The notes under the pieces were generated by a model. The model worked only from the letters and a program-made list of their open reading frames with translations, was not told the DNA's origin and did not search any database. Positions 1 to 10,400 of a stretch of 39,355 bases of DNA are shown piece by piece; positions within the stretch are counted from its first letter, which is position 1; each line of letters opens with the position of its first letter. Location: contig DF236959.1 in NCBI GenBank assembly GCA_000708835.1, positions 1 to 39,355 on the forward strand, given 5' to 3'. The translations under genes and the position numbers were made by a program. Origin of the DNA: Klebsormidium nitens (lineage: Eukaryota > Plantae > Klebsormidiophyceae).

Positions 1-195
1 TAATGTTCGACTGTATTGGACCCTGGACGGCCCTCTCCTCTTCCAAGGTCGTTCTGGTCTTTTTCCTGGAACAAGTTTTATTTGACGCTGGAGTATGTCC
101 AAAGAAGAGCCTGCAACCTTTATAATTACCGGATCAACTTTGGTCAGCGGCCGGATTTGCGTCTCACACAAATGCACTTTCGTACCTGTGCGCAG

Positions 196-3100
196 GCAGC
201 ATCGGCGGGCCTTCGACACTTGCGCTCACGCCTGCTCCGACGAGTGAGTCGTATTTCAAGTGGTCAGCTTTGCGGTCGATGCTCCGCCTCAATGATTCCC
301 TTTTGTGCTGTTTAAGGCTGGAATTTGGGACGACGGCACGATTCGGTGCATGTAACGTAACCGCAAGCCGTTTTAGGATCCAGGACTCCCGCTCCTGCGG
401 GCAACAAATTTTACAACTGCACCGCGTCGATTGCGGTCCAGACGCTTGTGAACCCTGTCAAGCGTGCTGAGGCCATCACCTTTTCAGAAAGCCCGCGCAG
501 AAATGAAGATCTCTTCAACGAAACGCTCGCGGCTCTCCATATTTGCGGCTTTATTTAGGAACGATCCAAATGTTCCGATTTCGAAACTCGATAAGTATCG
601 AAGCCTCGAGGGCTGATCAGCGCGAGGTGGGTGCACAAATTCCTTCACAGCCTTTCAGATCTGGACGCACTGAGCCATTGGGCGTCTAACTTTTAACGGC
701 GATAAACGATTTTTGACCACGCAGTGATTTACAAATGGTGACCGGCCTTTCAGGACAATCATCCAAAATGTCTGGACTTAGCTTCCGGTGCATGGGCTTG
801 ATGCAGGTACGCTTGCGTCCATTTGGGCGGCCAAAGACGTCAGCATATTGGGCATGCCCTCGAACCCGTTGTTCCGCGTGTACTGCTCCTACACCGTGAC
901 GATCAGTGGGGCCCCCGCCACGTCACTGACGGTCTGCACGTACAACGCAACCGGTGCTCTCGTCACGTCTCCCACGGCCACTGTTCCTGGAGGGACACCA
1001 CCGACACCCACCGTCTCCTGCCCAAGTAAGAAAAGGTGCCGTTCTAGTTTTTGCACGGGATCCGCACTCGCTGTGACCCGTGCACTGAACGCGGCCGGAC
1101 CTAGATTTCCTTCTATGGGGGAAAAGCGTGGTCCTCGGCCCCCTTTTGTCGATGACTCCGGGCTTTTGTCCAGAGACTGACGGAACATCAGCCGAAAACT
1201 CAACTGCCTGAATCTAATATATCTCCAAGTCAACGCTGGCGCCTTTCCGTCTACATGTTTGTAAAAGGTACAGTGAAAGAGGAAACGAGATTCTCCTCGT
1301 GAAAACCCGATTATAGGAACTTCTGTCCAGTCTCTGCAGGCCTTTCTTCGGAACTTGGATATCCGAGAGTAGATTACAGGAACTCGCACACCCGTGGCTT
1401 CAGGATGCCAATCTGCCTGCTGTGGCATGTACTCCCAGATACTCAGCGATTTTCCGTTTCTTGTACGTCCGAGCTCCGGAAAACTATTGTTGTACTTGCG
1501 GAAAGTGACTTCTAATTTCTAATCAGCTCTCTGTTTTCAAAGAGCGAACAGGCAATCCGTAAAGCAACGAAATATCAGACAAAAGTCGAGATTCACTTGG
1601 AGAGAGATCAGTCACGCTGACTCAGAATCAGAGACTCTAGTGGTTTACGCAATCTCTCATAACTCTTCAGGGTCCCTACCGATCGTGCTTCGAGTACTGT
1701 GCAAGTTATATAAAGTTTGATGACGTGATTTGTCTTCACAGGAAGCACCGCCCCCAACTCCTGCCCAGCGTCGGTTCAGCTGAATTTTGCGCTCGCGAAC
1801 GCGAGAGCTTTCTTCCAACAGACTCTCTGCAATTACGCCGTTGCTGTATTAAGCGGGGCTTCCGCACTTTGCGCTTACGACGCGACTTGCGCGTCAAAGG
1901 CAGGAAACGCCGCCAACTGCCCAAGTGAGTGCTTCTTCGCAGTTTTGTTCCATCTTATATTAGCTGAGAGAAAGAAAAAAATTACTTTTGTGGGACTTTC
2001 TTACGGATTCATAAAACACCATACGTATATCCCACGCGTAACAGCTCATTGAAGCTGGGTCATGTTACGCGTACAAGCGGCAAGGGAAACAGTTGAATGG
2101 CAGTCGAGGGGCTAATGGATACTGTACGCGTAAGCCCTCTCAAGTACTATGTGGGGAAGCCCTCTTCTCCTCTCAGTTCGGAGTGCATTAGATCCTGGAC
2201 GTGTTGATCCCATCCTAGAAAAACGTCTTCTTGATGCTGATAGTATCCAACAAAGCGCCTAAACGCAGAAGTTTGGACTCGACGGGTCAACTTCTAATGA
2301 TCAATAGCAAGATCCTCGTGCCTCACGGATGCAGTTCCGTACGTTTCTCTTCGTGTACAATCTGGCCATACGCAGTTCGTCAAATAGATCGAGACTGCGG
2401 TTTGGCATACAGCAGTATCGGAGCGGTGCACGAAGGGTGTTTTTAGGGAGCTAGGATTTTCTCTGTTGTCCGACGTGTAGGGGATCGATGAGGGGCTCGC
2501 CTTCGGATTCCAAATCATTAGTAGTTTCATTCAGATCACTTAGTGATTGACGCAATTTCGTACTTGTGCGCAGGAAACATTAGCGGGCCCCCGACGCCTG
2601 CTCCAACTCCTGCACTGACGCTTGCTCCGACGCAGCCACTGACGGGTGAGTCGCACTTAAATGTTCAGCTTTACGGTCGAAGTTCGATCCGCCGTCTTGT
2701 GTCCCCGCTGTTTTCCTGCTCGGAAGATTGGAAGGTCGGAAGATTGGACCACTGAGGGACGGTTTGGTGTTCGCAAGCGGCCTGTAATTAGCCTTTTCAG
2801 GAGTCCCGCTCCAACGCGCAAAACCGTCGCAGATGCACCAGCTGCGGTCCGGAGGCCGGTGAGTGATGACAAGCGTGCCTTTAATACTTCTTTTTAAAAC
2901 CCGGGCCAAAACGGAGAATTCTTTGAGAGAGAAGGTCGAGGCCTTGCTAGATCATGCGGGTACATTCATCAAGGAACGACTTTGAAGTTCGGCGGACTCT
3001 GAATCAAAAAATTCTGATCAAAGATCCGAGACTTGATCGTCGCAATTTTCATTACTACTGCTCCATTCAGCGTCCGTACACCGCTCTTATCCGGGTATAC

Positions 3101-4859
3101 AGGTGCCGTCGCGGCCATATGCCCAGCCACCAATATGGAGTCGGGGTCCTTGAACGAAGTGCAGTGCGGGTACGCTGTCAACAACGGCGCGAAGGTGAAT
3201 CCGATTGGAGTGGTCGCGCTTTGTACCTACAATTCGACCGGTGTCCTCCAAATTTCTGCGCTTTTTTCTGTACCCCCACAACTAGCCGGGGCTCCACTAT
3301 ATTCTTGCCCAGGTAAGATAGAGGGTGGTTCTTTCACGTGGTGTTGACATACCCTGAAATCAGAATGCACTTGTAAATTAAACAAGTCCATGTAGTGCAA
3401 TCTGACTCCTGTAGTAGCTAGATACTCGCGAATCCTCTGAATCATTCCAGTATGTTAGAGTTGAAGGTTGCGAATCGCGGATCTTGCTCTTTGCGCCCTT
3501 GATGCTTCTCAGACCAGAACAGACTTCCGCATTGCTAAGCATTCTCACACTATCAAAACCTGACTAGAGGACTGTTTCCGATTGTTGTTACAAAATCGCT
3601 CTGCTCCCTGCAAGAGATCTTCGCTCCTTGGAAGTCTTCTAACCTATTGCCATGTTGCCAAACGCAACACTTGTTCGGCAGCAGTCTGATCCGAATTCAA
3701 TCTGAAACAGCCGTCCGAAGTCTCGCTTGATCAATTTAGTGATCAGCTAAGTAGCGGAAGATCCCGATCAAACCAATTTGAAATCAGATGCACCTGCATA
3801 CAAACTGACAGCTGAGGAGAAGCTCACTCGGAAGAGCACGCGCATTCAACGCACTCGGCATGCCCGCCCTGCTGTCTCCGCGCCCACTCATGGGGGCTGC
3901 GTAGACAGTAAGCGGTCTGTACCGAAACCACAATAGTTTCACCGTGCCTCCTCCTTGCAGGAAGCACACCGATCCCCAACTCCTGCCCCGCCAATCCGCC
4001 GTTCGAAACACTAGTCGCTTTTGCTCGTCGCGTCAATGTATCATTGAACGCCGGAAGCCTCACCAGCTTCCAATGCATTTACTACACTGCGGCCGGAGAA
4101 TTCCAGGGGACCTGTACCTACGGGCCAGATCGCGTTCTGCTGTATTCTAGTGGAACTGTCGGACAACCATCGCCCTTCTTTACCGGCTGTTTTCGTGAGC
4201 GAGCGTGGGAACCCACCTATGTGACAAGCTTTCTGGTATGCAAATGCATCGTCCGGCTGAAGACTAACATGTGTTGAATGATAAAGTCGACCGCTGATTG
4301 GCGCCAATCCCGCGATGCACGTTTGATATCAGGACGGATGTTAAAATTCTGGTTTTCTTAGTGGCGTTGAAACCGAGATCAGCGGCTTTGGAAATGGACC
4401 ACAGAACCAGTTTGCCAGCCGTTTCTTTCTCCTTTGGCATACTTGTCAGAAAGCGTCTTGAAAGCCGACTTAAGCTCAACCAACGTTTGATTTGGAATGC
4501 CCAATTGCTGATGTGCTGAAGTCGAACCTTTCAGTGATTCTTGGGACGAAGATGCTTGTCAAAACACCGCAATTCCCTCCGATCCCCTCTGAGCCAGCCA
4601 GATGGAAAGGCTAGGTTCTGAACTTTCAAGACTAGTCAGCGGTGATTGCGAGTCAGCGGTTTGTCTTTGTGGGCAATGAATGACTAGTCATACTGTTTGA
4701 GTCAGCGGTTTGTCTTTGTGGGCAATGAATGACTAGTAGTCATACTGTTTGAGTCAGCGGTTTGTCTTTGTGGGCAATGAATGACTAGTCATACTGTTTG
4801 AGTCTGCCAGCCAGCGTTTATTTGGGTTACTTGCCTGGGTCGCAGCACTGAAGCTGTAA
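196..4859 (+). CDS. Cys-rich modular protein, paralogue 1 (5'-partial): Pro/Thr linker L - 4-Cys domain A - domain B - linker L - domain C - domain D - short tail; unknown family
   Basis: Exons with AG/GT borders, all phase 1-1 and multiples of 3: 196-243 (GSIGGPSTLALTPAPT), 807-1025 (..RVYCSY..TVCTYNATG..SCP), 1742-1924 (..NSCP..LCNY..LCAYDAT..NCP), 2574-2645 (GNISGPPTPAPTPALTLAPTQPLT), 3103-3312 (..ICP..QCGY..LCTYNSTG..SCP), 3961-4194 (..NSCP..QCIY..TCTYG..GCF). Probable terminal exon 4846-4859 (PLKL*). Open frame throughout, and every exon has a paralogue at 8403-13859. Bases 1-195 resemble the intron that follows B-type exons, so the gene starts upstream of the window. Confidence 0.8.
2331..2563. 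mobile_element. Candidate ~209 bp insertion flanked by a degenerate 12-bp target-site duplication, in intron of paralogue 1
   Basis: gcagttccgtac (2331-2342) and gcaatttcgtac (2552-2563) match at 10/12. The homologous introns (ending 195, 9939, 11435) have a single copy of this site and lack the intervening DNA. No TIR or poly(A) seen. Confidence 0.45.
4650..4804. repeat. Intronic tandem repeat, 3 x 49 bp (middle unit 52 bp)
   Basis: Unit gagtcagcggtttgtctttgtgggcaatgaatgactagtcatactgttt at 4650-4698, 4699-4750 (+3 bp) and 4751-4799. Single copy in the paralogous intron near 13750-13800. Confidence 0.95.
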
Positions 4860-7492
4860 AACCACTTGACTTCTGAGGATCATGAAACCGCTTCGAGCAG
4901 TCGGGGCCGAGGTGCTGCAATGGAAGATGTAGTAAAAGGCTTTTAATCTGTCAATTAGTCACGGGTCTCGTGCTTTGCAATCCACGCTTTCCGCTTGTGC
5001 TTACTGTCAGCTCACTTCCGGACTTCGATGCAGCAAGCAGCGAACCCGTGCCCTAGACAAATCCGAGCCCGAGTCCAACAGGTAAGCCACACGTGAACCT
5101 CGCTTTTTGGTCGACCGTCGAACCATCTCATTTCTCTCAAAATTGGCGAAGACCTCTACATTGAAAATACAAAAGAGTGCTCGTCAAGCTTGCTGAGCCT
5201 AGAAATTAAATTGCACAAATTGCACGAAGCTGATCCCAGAGCGGTGCACAAAACCTTTGCAGCTACGAATCCATCCGGTGTGTTCGTCTTGACTCCCATG
5301 CATGTAACTATTCGCTTGCCACCCTGTACTACTCTCAGAGCATCGATTTTCTTTCGCGCAGTTGGTCCGCTGATTGATATTAGACTAGCTAGCTAGCTCA
5401 CTTCAGAGAGGCAAAGTAGAGTCTGCCAATCTGCCAACACCATGTGAAGTACAGAGATTTAAGACGTGGCAGCCTAGACTTAGAGCCACGCACTTCGTTC
5501 AAACGATTGAAAGAGTAAATCCATAGTGGACCCAGAAGAGGACGCTTTTCCGTCCGTTCAAGCTTTTAGGCCATTCAAGCTTTTAGGCCATGTAACAATC
5601 CTGTAAATAGTCTTCGTCGCCTGTAATGTGAGACGTAAATACGGTCGCAAACAGTACTTACGGGTTCCTCAAAGTAGTCATTGAACGGAACTTCAAGTCC
5701 AACATATAGCTCTTCCGGTCCAGAGACTATCAAGCATGCCTAGCGCTTTGTGTGCGATCTCTCTATGTGGGTTTGAACGCATTTGTAAAACAGTTGGTCA
5801 TGTGTTGACTGTGCTTCTACGATATAGTGGCTACCATTGGTTCCGAAGCGACTTGCATTGGCGCCCGACGAGATCCGTATGTTTGCACCCATCTAGGCTA
5901 GCTGCGCCCGGCTGAAAAGGGCGGTAAAGCAACTGGAAGGCACTATTTTGACGACGTAAATTTAAGTTCTCTCTGCAAAGTGGAACTAAGAGGTCCATCG
6001 GGATATCGAGGAACAGCCATCGATCCTTACGAGGCGCCGGTTGGAACAGCTCCGAATCGTTTCCGCTACAATTGTACTGCGTATGTGGCAGGCCAGCTAG
6101 CGACTCCGTTAAGTAGAAGTAAAAGACCAGGCCGTCAGCACGGCGTCACAGTGCTGAGCGCGCGCGAGCACGCCCACGAGGTGGTCACCGGCCTACCGCG
6201 CTTCGGCGCGAGGTCGCGCGCGCGCTGAAAAAGCAGTCCTGCGACCGACTTCATCTCCTCTTCACGTTCTTGCAACCGTGGTGCGAGAGATAGCACCGAT
6301 GAGAAGGAGCTCGCGCAGCTACTTGCAGTTCTGCCACCTTCCGTTGGTCGAGAAGAGAGCCAGCTCTAAGTAGCTGGACGTTCGGACGTTCATCCGCTCC
6401 TGCGCACGTGCGTAATGGACAGCGTATACCTGGGCGGATTATGTCGATTGCCACGACACGTGTCAAGCTCGGAGGACCCGGACAGGTAGTAGAGCCTCGA
6501 TCTGGAGACCGAGGCTCGGTTCCGACGGCGGGCGTTCGACTGCCCAACGTCGAAAAGCAGATGTAAGAGAAATACGCCACTAGCTTTCAGGGCGAGAATC
6601 TAATCGCGCCTAGACGTTCAAACTGGCCGTCAGGGCGATCGCCTACGTAATGACAATAAGCTCCACGGAACAGGCTTCTTTTTATTGGCAGCGCATACCG
6701 GACGCGGCGAAGGGTGTTACGTACATATCTTCAGATTCCGGATCCGACGGTCTTTCATTCGAAGTCTCAGCAAATGAAGCCTCGGATTAAGCTGTAGGTA
6801 CGACGTACCGCCAATGATGACGTCACCTCAAGTAAAAACAAACCGAAAGCGACTCTAATGGAAAGAACGGCAAGGCCTCCAAGTTCTGTTGGGGGTTGCA
6901 TCAATCCCCTTTGAGAACTGACGATCCTCGAGGCCAAAATTCGACGGAGCTCGAGATTGTAAAACGAAGTAACAATCCTTGCAGCCGGGCAAGGAGAATG
7001 GACTGCATAAGGCAATGTTGTAAGCCGCAACGAAAGCTTAATGCCGCCCAGATCAGATGTCAATGGATATATCGCCGGGTGCTGTTTCTTCGTAGCTGTA
7101 ACACGTCTGCGTCTCTCTTGAGGAGAAGCACAGCACCCATGATTTGAATGCCTCGGGGTCGAGCGCACGTTAAAGTTTCGCGACAAACTTTCTTGGATCG
7201 ATCCGAGGACGCAAACGCCGCAAACGTCTCGTAGACTGAGTACGAGAGGTTGGGCTTTCAAACGGCTTGAAAAGCGTCATGCACAGAAGTTCTTCCGTCG
7301 AGTCATGATGATTGCAGCCCTCATTATGAAGACTTGAGAAAGTTATGTACAGTCTGGCATAAGCTCAAATTGAAAGACTACCTTCTCTACGTTTCACTTC
7401 CTAATTCTATCACATTCTTTCTGAGCCTTTTAAGCTTGCGAGGTGCCACCGACGTCCTATCCGGTCTGCACTTGCGCAACCTTCTCGCAGAA

Positions 7493-10400
7493 ATGGCGGT
7501 CAATTCGTCCCTTCTTGGCTTCCTTGGTCTACTCTGCATCGTTCTACAGATTGCTGAGGTAAGGAAGCGCGTACGTTGGTGGCAATGACAAGCAGTTCTG
7601 TGTTTTGGAAGGAAAGAGGACGTACTTCTGACGCTTGTAACTTGTGCCTAACTTTGGCTTCTTTTAAGCTTATGTGCTTGCTCTCATTATTCGCTTTTCT
7701 GTACAGCCGGAATCGTAAATCTCCGTTCCAAGTGACTCACGCATGCAAGCTGACAGACTGATCTTGATTCTGTCTCAGCAAAGGGGTTGGACACTTCAAA
7801 GTTCAATTGTGAATGCTTTGGTAGAATATTGTTATACCTATATGGGCCACCGGCCCCAGACATCTATTTCTTGCAGCTCATTTATGAGCTTCTTCCGAAA
7901 CCCCCGTGTTACCCGAGTAGGAGTTATTTGAGACCCCAGAAGCTACTCCGAAAAGGGGCTACCACGGCTGACACTCGTAAGAAGGGATGAAACTCGTGAA
8001 CTCTGCCATGATATGCAACCGGTTCGACTTCGACGTCATAGTTGATTGCTTATGGTTTTCCCCGGTCCTTACAGAAGACACAATCAGGAAGCACAGACAC
8101 GTTTGCGCTTACACGCATTCAGGTTCTTGCAACCCCTTTGGGGAAGGACTCCGGTTCCGTCGTCCCGGTCACGGAACTCCAATTCCGTGGAGAGACTACC
8201 GCAGTCGCCCACCGGAAGCTGATGCAGACTTTGTCACCAACGCAGACGCTAGGTGGGTGCACACCGAGCTTTACAACCTTCAAATCTGGATCCAGCTAAG
8301 CGACCCACTGCCTTTGAGAATGATCAAAAAAGATCTGCTGCTTTCAAGAGTGAATTTTAATTGTCAAATCTGGTGAATATAAATCTCGTTAGGCGTGTGC
8401 AGGTACGTCGTTTGCGTCTCTCTGCGCGCCTATTGACCAGTTCAAGAACCCGCTGACCCGCGTGTACTGCTCCTACAACGTGTCGATCGGCGGTGCCCCC
8501 TTCATGTCACTGACGGTCTGCACGTACAACGCAACCGGTGCTCTACTAGTTGCTGGGCTAGTCACGGTTCCCCCGGCCACTAGTATCCGAGGCTTCACAG
8601 AGATTCTACCAACAGAACCCGTCTCCTGCCCGGGTGAGGAAACGCGCCGTTCCAGTTTTGCAAAAAATCTGGCTGAACTCCGTTTTGACCCATGTTGCGA
8701 AGGCGGCCGGACCGGCCCTATTCTCCACTCTGGCAAGACGACCTAGATCGGGCGTCCATCAAAGAGGAGAAAGCCGAGGCCCGCCCTTGAACCCCAGATA
8801 AACAAGAAGTCCGGAAGGTTGGATGACAGGGCATCAAGCATGGAACATAATTTGGAAACTAAATCGTGAAACTTTGAAGTCCACGTTGGATCTTTTCAGT
8901 CCACCCAGAAATTGTGGAAGGTACACTGGGATTAGGGGAATCCAATCTTGCTCAAGTAAACTGGACGTTTGATTTTCTAAAGTAGCTGCAAGGCTGTCTC
9001 ACGATTTTTTGAAGTCGCCAGGCGGTTGACCAGGATCCCGCAAAGCCGTAGCTCTTTCAATCACTTCTAGAGCGGTCTGTAAAAGAAGCTTCTGTATATT
9101 TGAGCTTTGTTCACTCCTTTATGGTTTTTTCTCCGGCTACTAACACCCTCTCAAGTTGAAAACTATCAATGGATTTCAATGTTGGAGAGCGGACACGATA
9201 TGGTTTGGATCTCTCAGATATCTTGGTGATCAACCCTGACTATCTAGATATCTCCTATTCTGCTCAGAATACCGATGCATAATTCTGCGAATAATGCGCT
9301 CATTTGAACGAAGTAAAGTGGCATCCGATAATTGCAGGGAGCACCTTCCCCAACTCTTGCCCCGCGTCGCTTCAGCCTAACTTTGCGGACGCGAGCGCTT
9401 TCTACCAGCAGAATATCTGCGTGTACGCCGTAGCCGCATCAAACACGACTACTCCCCTTTGTGCTTACGATGCGACTGGCGCGTCAACCGGGATAAACGG
9501 CCGCAATTGCCCAAGTGAGCGCTGCTCCTTAATGCAAAGGGCCTTGATGTCAGCTCCATTGAATCGTTTTTCTTTTCTAAGGAGAAAGAGATTATGTGAC
9601 TCTCTTACAGATTCATAAAACCTCCAGAAATGACATCCCAGATTATCAAGTCGCTAGTATGTCAAATCTATGTCCAATCGAGCGCGAATGGAAACGATTG
9701 AAGGCCAGCACAAATGGCTGACTGAATACCATACGGGGGAAGCCGTCGGACTGCATTGGACCCTGAAATTGATGGCATTCTTCTTATTCAAGGTCGTTCT
9801 GGTCTCGTTCTAGAAAACGTTCTCTTTGATGCTGGGGTATGTCCAACGAAGAGCCTGAAACCTTAAAAGGGATCAACGGCGTTCATCAACGGCCGGATTC
9901 TCGTGTCTCACAAAGGCACTTTCGTACCTATGTGCGCAGGCAGAATCGGCGGGCCCCCAACACCTGTTGCGTCCATTTGCGCGGCTAATGATAACAGTAC
10001 GCCCTCGAAGCCGCTGACCCGCGTGTACTGTTTATTCAACGTTAACACAAACGTGACGATCAGCGGTGTCCCTGCCACGCCACTAACGGTCTGCACGTAT
10101 TACGCAACCGGTGCTCTCCTCCCGTTTCCTCCGGCCACCGTTCTTGGAGTTAGCACCTGCCCAGGTGAGAAAAGGCGCCATTCTAGTTTTGTACGGGGTC
10201 AGCACTCGGTTTGACTCATGCAGTGAATGCGGCCGGACCTAGACTTCCTTCAAGAGGATAATCAGCGGGGTCCTCGGCCCCTAATAAACGATGAGTCCGG
10301 AGATTGACGCGGAATCAGCAAAGATATGACTGACTGAAACTAAAAAATCTAGAAGTCAACGCTCGGCGCCTTTCCGTCTACCTGAATTGTAAAAGGTCCA

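Noticed and set aside
3071-3102. Alternative upstream acceptor (cattcag|cgtcc) for domain C, also present near 12123
   Set aside because: The downstream tatacag|gt and tatgcag|gt sites give phase 1-1 exons matching all other domains; not decidable without RNA data.
4650-4804. Possible CRISPR array
   Set aside because: Head-to-tail repeats with no unique spacers, eukaryotic intron context, and no cas genes.
6158-6225. gcgcgcgcga ... tcgcgcgcgc inverted repeat
   Set aside because: Only about 10 bp of low-complexity (GC)n, with no TSD or family evidence.
6251-7261. Minus-strand ORFs of 109 and 164 aa between the two Cys-domain genes
   Set aside because: No recognisable motifs or splice-consistent structure; lengths are compatible with chance at this GC content.
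7987-8376. 129-aa plus-strand ORF
   Set aside because: Lies within the intron before exon 8403, and its 3' part is homologous to intron sequence near 600-800 where no such ORF is kept.
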